From: Candidatus Sigynarchaeum calidifontis
GTDB lineage: Archaea > Asgardarchaeota > Lokiarchaeia > Sigyniarchaeales > Sigyniarchaeaceae
Assembly (NCBI GenBank): GCA_030587475.2
Contig: JAUQYZ020000116.1
Location: forward strand, 1-48,183
DNA length: 48,183 nucleotides
Direction of reading: 5' to 3'
Positions within the stretch are counted from its first letter, which is position 1; every line of letters begins with the position of its first letter. This document shows, piece after piece, positions 8,870 through 18,345 of the stretch. Both the position numbers and the translations under genes were made by a program. A model generated the notes under the pieces. The model searched no databases and was not told where the DNA came from. It was given only the letters and a program-made list of their open reading frames with translations.

Positions 8870-9355
8870 TTATGCCACCACGGGACAAGATTCATCGTTG
8901 TTTTTTTGCGACACGGGCCCGCTCCTTGCTGGTGCCATGTTATGAGACGGTTGGGGATGAGGGGGTGTTTCTTTCACGGGGAACCACAATGGGCTCATGT
9001 CATCTGGCTTGCCGTTGTAGTTCACAGTGATTTCTTCACCTTTCTTGATATCCTTGATCGCGGTGAATATGATTGCTTTATGCACGTAATCGTTCTTGTA
9101 GCAAGCGTTAGGTGCATAACTGTGGTTGCAGAACTCGCACGGGCTCATGGCGATCGCGAGCGTTTTGACGCTAGGGTCGTCCGGGTCTCCCCAGTCGAAT
9201 GTGTAGTTGTTAAGTACTGTTTTTTCAATATATTCGAATTCTTTCGCCGTGATGATGACCACGTGTGCAACATCGAGTATTTCCCCAGCCTTGATATCCC
9301 GGGTCGCGAAAGCTCCCCGCCCTTTTTCCGCGCTGATTTGTTTGATTTCAAGCAT
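8870..9355 (-). CDS. SET domain protein-lysine methyltransferase (no post-SET cluster)
   Basis: KGRGAFATRDIKAGE, NHSYAPN, IKKGEEITVNY. Start taken at MLEIKQ. Confidence 0.9.
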   Translation of the reverse strand: MLEIKQISAEKGRGAFATRDIKAGEILDVAHVVIITAKEFEYIEKTVLNNYTFDWGDPDDPSVKTLAIAMSPCEFCNHSYAPNACYKNDYVHKAIIFTAIKDIKKGEEITVNYNGKPDDMSPLWFPVKETPPHPQPSHNMAPARSGPVSQKNNDESCPVVA

Positions 9356-9614
9356 AACGGACCGAGACTTCCTTATATTCGGGGCAAGACATCGCGCCCG
9401 AATGATCGGATCGATCTCGCTGACTAGATGTACCAAGGAATAGTATTTGAAGTTTCTCTGCAAAGCGCTAAAATTGTTAACCCATTGTTCGAAATTGCGG
9501 AAAATAGAGCCGAACTTACGATAGTAAACGAGTAAATACGAGGCAATGCGGGTGCTGCACCATAATACGCCCATCCCTAGTCAAGAATGGCCGTATCACG
9601 CGGAGGTTTTTTCC

Positions 9615-9632
9615 GACAATATTGACATTGTC
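9615..9632. promoter_or_regulatory. Inverted repeat GACAAT-N6-ATTGTC, possible regulator site
   Basis: Perfect 6-bp inverted repeat in the divergent intergenic region between the SET and amidohydrolase genes. Confidence 0.2.
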
Positions 9633-9838
9633 ACGCTATTTCTCTTTCAGCTTCGTCAACGCGGGAGGAAATTCTGAATGATTGATGCAATATCGTGGAA
9701 ATCCACGCCGCTATCTTTGCAAGGTGGAAATTTTAAATAGTTTCAAGCGCAGCTTTCATTGGTACACGGGTTCTACGAGGCAATCGATGGGTTCGATAGA
9801 ACGTCCCGTGCCGGGAAAAATGGACAAGGCAAATCGCA

Positions 9839-11440
9839 ATGATCATAGTAAAAGCCAACAATCAAGTCCACCGGATATACGTCGTTGACGCGCATAGTCA
9901 TGTCGGTTACGATGTCGATTCCGTCAACAACCCGAATCCCATGGCGCCCTTTGGCACCATTGACTTCTACAAGAAAACCTACCTGGAAGTTATCAAGATG
10001 ACGGGCGGGCCAGAGTGGAAGTTCAACTCCCGAGGCATCAACTACGAGTTCAAGATCGTTCCCAACCCCCCGGTCTACGAGATCTTCAAGCAAGCAGCGG
10101 CAAGGGTCGATCAATACAAGCAAATGCTTGAAAAGCTTGAAAACTCGTGGATGTTTGATTACGGCGTGTGCTTTCCATTCCAGGACAAGTATCGGGCCGA
10201 AAGTCCAGAAGCACTCTATCGGGCGAGCAACGAACGCATCTCGCAAGTGGTTACCAAGTTTCCTGTTTCTCTAAAAATGATCGGCTACTGCCGGGTTCAT
10301 CCCGACGAGGGCCAGAAAGCATTAGACGAGATCGCCCATTCGGTAACCGTGAAGGGCCTGCGTGGCCTGAAATTGCATCCCCGATCGGAGGGATGGCTTG
10401 ACCACGTCAACAGCCCGGCAGCAGTTAACGTGCTCGTTCAAGCCGCAAAGTTTTCACTGCCGGTTATTTTCGACACCCGGGGCAAGGACTCCATCTACGC
10501 GGTACACGATCTCACGAAAGCAGCCAAGGGTTACATCGAGCGCAACGCGCCCGCGCTCTTGCCTCATCTCAAGGTCATCATCGGCCACTGCGCGGCCGGC
10601 AATTTCGACGATGCGCGCACGTATCAAGCTATATCAGACACCAACAACTACGGCGAATTATCGATGGTGCGGTCGCCCGAGTTCGACCAGTTCATCCTCG
10701 ATTTCATGAAAAAGAGCCCCGCAGGCAAGAATTGGTCACAACACATCTTATTTGGCAGCGATTTCCCGTATTTCTTCGAGCGGCACGCGAAAGACATCAT
10801 CAGCTTCTTGCTTTCCAAGTCATTTTTCGACGCGGGAGGCACCATCGAGGATGTCAAGAACATACTCGGCGGGAACTTGCTTCGATTGTTACCGGATTAC
10901 AATCTCCCTCCCAAGCAGAGCACAGCCATCCCGAACCCGGTTGCGATCCATGCCATTGGTGGTAGTACCAAGGCTCTGGAAAGCATTTCTCAAGTCGTTG
11001 TCCAAGCCATTACAGACCCGACCGTTGACATCACCCGCATCGTGCCCATGTACCGGGAGAACTATAGCAATTATCGCAACGAATACTTGCTCGGCACGCG
11101 GTTCACTGTGAACAACGAGGTGAAGGAGGTGCTGATGGCATGTATCAACCTGATCGGCGATGACGTGTACGCGCTCGGGCCGATAGGCACCGGCAGCACG
11201 TGGAACAAGTTTGGGTATTCCTATTTCGATGTCGACGGGATGAGCGCGCTGAAGGGGTTCACGAACATTAACCTTGTTGTCAAGCCCGAAGATGCATGGA
11301 AGCTCATCAAGACCATGTTTTCCGAGCCGAAGGGTGGGCAGAAAAAGCTGCAACCCATCCGCCCTCCGACGAAGCCAATGAAAGGCGGCCTTCCCGCGGG
11401 GATGAAACCGATGAAACCAGCAACGCCTGCCGGGGCTTGA
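9839..11440 (+). CDS. Amidohydrolase_2 family metal-dependent hydrolase with extra C-terminal domain
   Basis: DAHSH, GLKLHP, IIGH, LFGSDFPY, followed by ~180 extra aa ending in a Pro/Lys-rich tail. Confidence 0.85.
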   Translation: MIIVKANNQVHRIYVVDAHSHVGYDVDSVNNPNPMAPFGTIDFYKKTYLEVIKMTGGPEWKFNSRGINYEFKIVPNPPVYEIFKQAAARVDQYKQMLEKLENSWMFDYGVCFPFQDKYRAESPEALYRASNERISQVVTKFPVSLKMIGYCRVHPDEGQKALDEIAHSVTVKGLRGLKLHPRSEGWLDHVNSPAAVNVLVQAAKFSLPVIFDTRGKDSIYAVHDLTKAAKGYIERNAPALLPHLKVIIGHCAAGNFDDARTYQAISDTNNYGELSMVRSPEFDQFILDFMKKSPAGKNWSQHILFGSDFPYFFERHAKDIISFLLSKSFFDAGGTIEDVKNILGGNLLRLLPDYNLPPKQSTAIPNPVAIHAIGGSTKALESISQVVVQAITDPTVDITRIVPMYRENYSNYRNEYLLGTRFTVNNEVKEVLMACINLIGDDVYALGPIGTGSTWNKFGYSYFDVDGMSALKGFTNINLVVKPEDAWKLIKTMFSEPKGGQKKLQPIRPPTKPMKGGLPAGMKPMKPATPAGA

Positions 11441-11550
11441 TCGTTCGTCATTTTCCTTTTTTCACGTCACCACGACTTCATATCCTTCATGATTGCTAGG
11501 AATATGGGTAAAAAAAAAGCTGGCTAGCAAGAACTTGGTCATGAACAAGA

Positions 11551-11814
11551 TCAATCCTTGATCGTTTCCAGGAGCGAGACAATGCGGTAAATCTGCGTTC
11601 TAACGTGCACTGGGCAATTCGGATCCACGGAAACGTCTTCTAGACGCGAGATCGCATTGCTAGCCCGAACAGCCGCGGTACCTTTACCTTTATGCAAGTC
11701 CGCTAAGGCATCATCCGCGCATTTTCGTATGTTTCTCGGTACCGTGTTATTCTCGCTGATTTTTTTCAGCATAAAATCGATTTGCTGCACGGCTTGGTTG
11801 TTATCCTCTGCCAT
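11551..11814 (-). CDS. UPF0147 family protein
   Basis: TVPRNIRK...AVRASNAISRLEDVSVDPNCPVHVRTQIY matches archaeal UPF0147. Confidence 0.85.
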   Translation of the reverse strand: MAEDNNQAVQQIDFMLKKISENNTVPRNIRKCADDALADLHKGKGTAAVRASNAISRLEDVSVDPNCPVHVRTQIYRIVSLLETIKD

Positions 11815-11953
11815 TGCATAACACACCTCAAAAAGGATTCTCGATAATGTACAGAAGGATAAGAGTGAATCCCTTAAAAAAAGCGAATCGGTTTTTACAT
11901 GGAACATGGATTTGGTTCTACGACAATAAAGAAAAAACACGAGGACCATCGTT

Positions 11954-13666
11954 CTATTTGGCATCCCATTTGCCTTGCTTTCTCAAATTTGCCGCGATCT
12001 CGATGGCCTTCTGTTTCAAGGTCACGTAGTCAGTTTTGGCCACCCGGTTGAGCGGGATCTGGCCGGGCTCCACGATCTCCCAGTGAGATGGGCGTTTGTA
12101 GGCAGCCATCTCTTGCGCGACCTTCTCGAGTTCATCGATGGTCACGGACTGGCCTGGTGCCTTCTCGATAAAGGCCATCACTCCCTCGGTAAACACATCG
12201 TGGGGGACGCCCACGATCGCGACGTTGGCCACCTTTCCCTTCATTTTTTGGACGATGAAATCCTCCACCTCTGGTGGGTAGACTTGATAACCCTTGGGTT
12301 TGATCACGAACTTGGCCCGGCCGGCAAAATGGAGCCCTTTCTCGTCGTACGTGCCGAGGTCGCCCGTGTAAAGCCATCCATCCTTGGATAGGGTCTTGCG
12401 CGTGTTTTCTTCGTCGTTAAGATAGCCGAGGAATGTTTGAGGCCCCTTGAAGCAGATCTCGCCAACCTCACCCGCCTTTTTCTCGTCACCAGCCGATCCG
12501 TCAGGTTTCATGGGTTCCCTGATGGATATCGGATAGAGCGGGGAGTCATACCCGATACTCGCGAGGATATCATCAACCGTGCCATCGAGGGGCGTGTAGG
12601 TCACGAATCCGGACGTCTCTGTCAAGCCAAGACCGCTGCCGAACTTGGGTGCCATCTTTGATAGCTTTTCGAGGAAATCCCTGGTAACGGCCTGGCCGCC
12701 GTACAAGGCGAACTCGAGCGATGAAAGGTCGTAGTCCTTGTAATTCGGGAGTCGCCACTCCATCGCGAATAGCGCTGGAATCTGGCCGATTGCCTTGGCC
12801 TTGTACTTCTGTATGGCATCGAGAGTCTTCGCGGCATCGAAAATGTGCAAGATGACGGCGACACCACCCGCATAGATGGTCGTTGCGAGTTGTTCCGTGA
12901 CACAGCCGACGTGGCTGGGGGGTAAATTCACGATCATGACCATGTCCTTCTTCATCCCGAAGCCGACCGAGAGACAAATGTTCTGGACGAGGATCCCTTC
13001 ATGGCAGAGCAACGCGGGCTTGGGCCGTCCTGTAGAGCCCGTCGTGAAAATGATCAAACACGGGTCTCGCTTCCCCACTTTCTTCTGCGCCGCCTTCACC
13101 TTCCCGAGCAATAATCCCTGGACGATGAATATTTTCTTGATGTCGGCGGCCCAATCCTTAACGAACTGTGCGCCCTCGATGATGCCGTCCTCCTTGCTGC
13201 CCTGGAACTGGATCCAATGCTTGCACGTATCCCCGTGCTTTTTCTTTATCTCCTCGACCATCGGCCTGAAATCATTGACCGGTGTCTTGCCCAGGAAAAA
13301 GTACGCTTTCGGCTTGGCCTGTGCGAAACACGCGTCAACCTCCGCCACCTTGAGCCGCGGGTCGAGTGGCGCGATAATCGCCCCGATCCGGTAACAAGCA
13401 TACATCAAAAAGACATGTTCTTTCAAGAGAACTAATGTCGTGGCAACCACGTCCCCTTTTTTGATGCCCATACTGAGCAACTTGGCGGCCATCGCCTTGG
13501 TTTTCAATGCGAATTCTTTCCACGAGACCTTATCGCCGGTGTCGTATTCTATGATGGCGATATCTTCCGGACATTCTTTTGCATATTTATCCACGTAATC
13601 GAACATACGGGGCAAGAGCTGGGCGTACTGCCTCTTGCACTCCTCGTCCATTTTCGGATCCTTCAT
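11954..13666 (-). CDS. Acyl-CoA synthetase / AMP-forming ligase (ANL superfamily)
   Basis: IIFTTGSTGRPK, GLTET, WLYTGDLG, VYPPEVE and a C-terminal catalytic Lys region. Confidence 0.92.
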   Translation of the reverse strand: MKDPKMDEECKRQYAQLLPRMFDYVDKYAKECPEDIAIIEYDTGDKVSWKEFALKTKAMAAKLLSMGIKKGDVVATTLVLLKEHVFLMYACYRIGAIIAPLDPRLKVAEVDACFAQAKPKAYFFLGKTPVNDFRPMVEEIKKKHGDTCKHWIQFQGSKEDGIIEGAQFVKDWAADIKKIFIVQGLLLGKVKAAQKKVGKRDPCLIIFTTGSTGRPKPALLCHEGILVQNICLSVGFGMKKDMVMIVNLPPSHVGCVTEQLATTIYAGGVAVILHIFDAAKTLDAIQKYKAKAIGQIPALFAMEWRLPNYKDYDLSSLEFALYGGQAVTRDFLEKLSKMAPKFGSGLGLTETSGFVTYTPLDGTVDDILASIGYDSPLYPISIREPMKPDGSAGDEKKAGEVGEICFKGPQTFLGYLNDEENTRKTLSKDGWLYTGDLGTYDEKGLHFAGRAKFVIKPKGYQVYPPEVEDFIVQKMKGKVANVAIVGVPHDVFTEGVMAFIEKAPGQSVTIDELEKVAQEMAAYKRPSHWEIVEPGQIPLNRVAKTDYVTLKQKAIEIAANLRKQGKWDAK

Positions 13667-13793
13667 TTTTATCCACGTTCCTCTTTGTTGATCGAGTATT
13701 GATCACCCTCGAGGCTGGCATGTAAAAAAAGCTTCATTTCTGAATGATATCGGTAGACATCATTCGGTCGATCATACCATTACCTATTTATTG

Positions 13794-14576
13794 TCACAAG
13801 AGTTGCTTTTGAACTGGAATGCCAGATACGTATTTTTTTTTATACATGTCCATATTACTGGTGAATTCTTGCATGAACCCATTGAATTGTAAAATACTGA
13901 CGATCGGAATAAAGAAATCGCGAACCGGCGGGGCGAGCAGCGTCACGACCATTGGAATAATGATGCACTTTTGCCATTGGAGTTTCATCTCGAAAAGCAA
14001 GTCGGAGAGCACGGGCAATGTCTCGCCGAGGGCCACGCAGCGATTGTATTGATCGTTCGCGGCTTCAAGGATCCGCGCCGTGCTCGAATTGGCGCGATAG
14101 TCCCAATTCTTTGCGTCGATTAAAAACACGAGGTGATCCCTCGATCGCTTGTCGATGGCGACGATGTCGATCTCGTGTCGTTTTCCTTTTCCATCCACGA
14201 ACCTGTAGTTTTTCTTCGTGGCATAGCCATTCTCCACCATGGCGTGCTGCACGAGTTTTTCGAAGTCAGACCAATGCAACAATGACACGTCGGCGAGATC
14301 GGCATCGAGCGAGTAAAGCATGAGCCAGAGAGCCGTCTTGTCGAGAACCTTGACAACCTTCTTGTTCCCATGCCGTTGGATCGAGATGGCCTCTCCGCTG
14401 GCACTTCCGATGTACTCGATCAAGTCGTCGAGCTGCACGTCTTCGACCGATTCGGCCGTGTAACACTCTTTCAAGTCCTCGAAGGGAACCGAGATTTGCG
14501 ATGTTTCCTTGGTCTCGCGCAATATCGACATGATGATTGCAGCGATGGTACCCTTGTATTGTTCTACCAGCAGCAT
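13794..14576 (-). CDS. PD-(D/E)xK restriction-endonuclease-like (Mrr-type) nuclease
   Basis: WSDFEKLV...GY, EIDIVA and IDAKNW catalytic pattern. Confidence 0.8.
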   Translation of the reverse strand: MLLVEQYKGTIAAIIMSILRETKETSQISVPFEDLKECYTAESVEDVQLDDLIEYIGSASGEAISIQRHGNKKVVKVLDKTALWLMLYSLDADLADVSLLHWSDFEKLVQHAMVENGYATKKNYRFVDGKGKRHEIDIVAIDKRSRDHLVFLIDAKNWDYRANSSTARILEAANDQYNRCVALGETLPVLSDLLFEMKLQWQKCIIIPMVVTLLAPPVRDFFIPIVSILQFNGFMQEFTSNMDMYKKKYVSGIPVQKQLL

Positions 14577-14594
14577 TCACCGGGTGTCACGGAT

Positions 14595-16490
14595 TCAAAT
14601 CAGATTCAACGTAAAGAATTTTTCCTCGTAGTAGCGTGTTTGGACCTGGCAATCCTTTCCAAGCTCGATCGTTCCCCTCGCATATTGCGCGAGATCAGCA
14701 TTCTGGCTCGCCGGGATCACCTTGATCGAGCCGGATTGGATTTTTAACTCCTTGAGAGCCGCGGGGTTCTTGATCTCGATCTCCGGCGGGATGATGAGCT
14801 TGAACCGGGACTTCAACGGGTAGATCCAACATAGATACTCCTTTTTTATTGCATTAAAGGATAGAATTTTGATCTGGCTCTTGTAGGCTTTGCTCGCGGC
14901 ATCGAACGCCGTGAACGACTCGTGGGTGTTCTCTTTCTCGAGGGGCTCGTTCGTTTTTTCCCAAGATTTTGGAAACACGTCACCCACGCACGAAGGAATT
15001 GCTTGCTGCAAGATCAAGCATATTAAATAGATCTTTCCCTCGACCCGGTTCGCTTCGTCTGATTTGGCAGGCAATACCTTGTACAATTGCGTCAAGATCT
15101 TGAGGGCGAGTTCATGCTGGCCAAATGAGGTTAACTCGTCGCAAAATTGCTCGATGTGAAGCAACAAGCCGTTAAAGTATTCTCGCGTGCAGCGCAAGCC
15201 CGTCTCCCTGTATTCGCAGTTCCTGCCAGCGTCGTTCGTCACCTCTATCCCTTTCTGGTCCTTGTATTGCGAGATCGCGATCAAGAGATACACCTGGTCG
15301 GGGGAGATCAAGCTCGGGAGCTGGCGTTTTCTAATGGCATTGGCCAGGAAATCGATCGTCGCTGCCACGTAATTGCTGTCCATGAAGCCCGTTATGATGG
15401 CGAAGGTCGCTTCGGCGATCAAGATGGAGAAATAGAGGCGATGCGCGCTTGGCTGGTTTGCCAGCCCTTGCACGAGTGATTTTGCCAGGGCCATGTACTT
15501 GTACGATGCGGCCAGGTCGCGCGCGATGAAGCATCGCTTGAAGGCGTCCAGGTATAGGCGTATCAAGTAGATCGAGATGTAGTTGTAAAACCGCGTGAAA
15601 TCCGTCGGTTCGTTCAACGATCGTGCGAGCGTGTTGAACGCTAGGAAAAGCTCGTGCAAGCGCTCGTCGATGGTCTTGAGGAACTCGTCGGTCGGCAGCG
15701 TGAGGAGGCCCTTGACGATCGCGAGTGCGGGCTCGTAGACGACGATATCGTTCTTGAACGGCTTCCCCGTGATCATATATCTCTCGAACGCTTGGATCGT
15801 GCCTTGCTTGAAATATGGCTCGATGTCTTCCCGGGCAAGCCGTATCGCGTTCTGGATCTCGGCAAAAAAAGCATCGAGTTGGCGAACCGGGGGTCTCCCC
15901 CTGCTTGTCCTGTATGATGTGAAGTAATGGAACAAGCGCTTGGCGGTCTCGGCTATTTCACTTTGAGCTTTCTTGTCATCCGTCACTCCCAGCAAGATCG
16001 TGAGGAACACGGCCGGGTCCTGTACCTTCACGAGGCCATTGAAGAAAAAGTCTGCTGCTTTCTGCAATCCCTCGTCATTTGACACGATGACGATGTCCGG
16101 GTGCTCGCCACGGCCCGTGCTATCTTCTTGGATGTGCTTAGCGACTGTGAGTACCTCCAGGTCGGTGATCTCATCGACGTTGAACCAGCGCATGTCGTGC
16201 CTTCGCTGGCTATTGATCCATTTGAGATTCAAGAAAAATTGATCCTTATCGACGTCGACGGGCGGATGCACCTTGAAATTAATTTCGAGATACATTGCGA
16301 GCGTCGGATCGAACTTGTCCAGCTCGGCCATGACACGGGAACAGAGTACCATCTTGATATTGTTCTCGACGAACGATGCTTGCATGCTCTTGATAAAATC
16401 AGCGATTTCGTCGAATGATCGGACCACTTCCATGAGCCCGACGAAGAAATTCGTGTCGATGATCGCGATCGTTTCATTCATGTCAATCAT
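14595..16490 (-). CDS. PIN-domain protein with helical middle region and beta-rich C-terminus
   Basis: IIDTNFF, VMAEL, TDLEVL and IVSNDEGL provide the PIN acidic residues. Confidence 0.7.
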   Translation of the reverse strand: MIDMNETIAIIDTNFFVGLMEVVRSFDEIADFIKSMQASFVENNIKMVLCSRVMAELDKFDPTLAMYLEINFKVHPPVDVDKDQFFLNLKWINSQRRHDMRWFNVDEITDLEVLTVAKHIQEDSTGRGEHPDIVIVSNDEGLQKAADFFFNGLVKVQDPAVFLTILLGVTDDKKAQSEIAETAKRLFHYFTSYRTSRGRPPVRQLDAFFAEIQNAIRLAREDIEPYFKQGTIQAFERYMITGKPFKNDIVVYEPALAIVKGLLTLPTDEFLKTIDERLHELFLAFNTLARSLNEPTDFTRFYNYISIYLIRLYLDAFKRCFIARDLAASYKYMALAKSLVQGLANQPSAHRLYFSILIAEATFAIITGFMDSNYVAATIDFLANAIRKRQLPSLISPDQVYLLIAISQYKDQKGIEVTNDAGRNCEYRETGLRCTREYFNGLLLHIEQFCDELTSFGQHELALKILTQLYKVLPAKSDEANRVEGKIYLICLILQQAIPSCVGDVFPKSWEKTNEPLEKENTHESFTAFDAASKAYKSQIKILSFNAIKKEYLCWIYPLKSRFKLIIPPEIEIKNPAALKELKIQSGSIKVIPASQNADLAQYARGTIELGKDCQVQTRYYEEKFFTLNLI

Positions 16491-16759
16491 CGCGATATAT
16501 TCACGTTCGTAATACCTTGATTTTTTTCACACAAGAATGAATCGCTTTCATAAAACGCCCCTTTCCGGCGGTCTGGAAAAATGCCGAGCGAATGTTATCT
16601 TCATCAAGCTTAAGCGATCATCGCACGAGCCGTGAACATTGATCTCGGCCATGATGCACGGCTAATGGTTCTCAATAAAAAAAGGATGATTGATAAGGTT
16701 GATCGACATGTATCATCGAATGCAAAAGCTACATGCTGTTCGATATCAACATTATTACG

Positions 16760-18208
16760 TTATTTCGTTTTCTCAACCTTGGAAAATATGCGTTCGAATC
16801 GGCTGATCACGTCATCGATGATATCATTGGTATGGGCCATCATGGTGTAGATGCGACTTCCGGCGAGTGTTACAATGCCTTCGGCCATGTACGCAGCACC
16901 CATCTCTTCCATCATTACCTTGCGAGCTTTCGCAGATTCCATCGCACCCGGCGTGTTTAAATCGACGAACATCGCACCCGACGTTTCCAAGTGAACGATG
17001 GAACCCTGGTTATAGACCACGTAAGGTAATTGACGTTTCTCGATGATTTCTTGAAGACCCTTGGTGAGTCTATCGCCCGCACGACCAGCCTTGATGGCGG
17101 CGTCTGTTCTTTCGAATTCCTTGATTGCCCAGTATCCCGCTACGCAGCTCAAGGGATTTGCAGACAACGTGCCCCCGACGTACGCACGCTTCTTTCCAGA
17201 TTCGACGCCCGCCGCGCAGTAGGAAATGATGTCCTTGCGACCCCCGACGCCACCTGCCATGGGATAGCCACCCGCGATGCACTTGCCGAAAACCGTCAGG
17301 TCGGGTTTGACGCCAAAATAGCCTTGTGCACCTTTCAAGCCAACTCGAAACGCGGTCACGACCTCGTCGAAGATGAGCAATGCCCCGTACTTGTCGCAGA
17401 GTTCCCGGACTTGTTTTGCAAAATCGAACGGCACGGGACGCGTGCCACTCTCGGGGCCAAGCGGTTCAAGCAAAACACAAGCGGTGCCACCTTTGGCCGC
17501 GTTTTTCTCCATCTGTTTGGCCAATCCTTCGATGTCGGTGGGGAAGAACTCCTGCGTGTTCTTGTTACAGTCCCGCGGGATACCAATAGCTTCGGCGGAC
17601 GAGCTGCCGGGAATATGTAGCCCGTAGACGAGCTGATCGCTCCATCCATGATACGCGCCGCCGGCCTTGATGACGGCACTCTTGCCCGTCGCGGTTCGTG
17701 CGAGTCGGATAGCTGCCATATCTGCCTCTGTGCCCGATCCGAGCATTCGGAACATTTCACACGACGGGTAATGCTGCTTGATCAAGTTCGCGAGCTTGAG
17801 TTCATACTCGTGGAACAAGCCAGTGACCGGCCCACATTCGTTAAGTAGCTCGATAACCTTGTCGCGAATTGGCTTCCAGTTGTTACCAAGAATGGTCGGC
17901 CCGCCGGCGCACAAGAAGTCGACGTATTTGTTACCGTCCAAGTCCCACATGAATGCGTCATCGGCTTTTGAAATGGCGATGGGGAACGGGTGGTTGAACG
18001 CGAGGTTATGCTGGACCCCGCCCGGTATTGTCGCCTTTGCCTCGTCAGTCAGCTGCTTCGACTTTTTGCATTTTTGCTCGAAATAATTCAAGTATTCTTT
18101 CATTGCATCGTGTTTAAGTTGCACCAGCGGCGAGCTGGCGAGCTTGTTCAGATCGGCGGTCACCTTTTGCCAATCCGGGTACGTGCTTATCGCATACTCT
18201 TGTGTCAT
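16760..18208 (-). CDS. Class III aminotransferase, glutamate-1-semialdehyde aminomutase-like
   Basis: WDLDGNKYVD, SGTEA, YHGWSD, LIFDEVVTAFR, FGKCIAGGYP, GGTLSANP. The canonical HemL GGVNSPVR is absent. Confidence 0.88.
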   Translation of the reverse strand: MTQEYAISTYPDWQKVTADLNKLASSPLVQLKHDAMKEYLNYFEQKCKKSKQLTDEAKATIPGGVQHNLAFNHPFPIAISKADDAFMWDLDGNKYVDFLCAGGPTILGNNWKPIRDKVIELLNECGPVTGLFHEYELKLANLIKQHYPSCEMFRMLGSGTEADMAAIRLARTATGKSAVIKAGGAYHGWSDQLVYGLHIPGSSSAEAIGIPRDCNKNTQEFFPTDIEGLAKQMEKNAAKGGTACVLLEPLGPESGTRPVPFDFAKQVRELCDKYGALLIFDEVVTAFRVGLKGAQGYFGVKPDLTVFGKCIAGGYPMAGGVGGRKDIISYCAAGVESGKKRAYVGGTLSANPLSCVAGYWAIKEFERTDAAIKAGRAGDRLTKGLQEIIEKRQLPYVVYNQGSIVHLETSGAMFVDLNTPGAMESAKARKVMMEEMGAAYMAEGIVTLAGSRIYTMMAHTNDIIDDVISRFERIFSKVEKTK

Positions 18209-18345
18209 GAGTGCTTCAACCTGGAGCAATGAATGCTTGCTTGCAAGGAATGTAAATGCAGCATCTTAAAAAATCGATCGTGCTGCGCTGTCACGATAGA
18301 TGGTTTTTTCTCACATGACACCTTTTCATGGCTTAGTGCAGAAGA

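Noticed and set aside
16628-16663. Hairpin AGCCGTG...CACGGCT between the aminotransferase and PIN genes
   Set aside because: A single 7-bp stem with no SECIS or riboswitch consensus, so at most a terminator or stability element.
16760-18208. Calling the aminotransferase hemL
   Set aside because: It has GGVQHNLAFNHP instead of the HemL signature and there are no heme genes nearby, so the substrate is uncertain.
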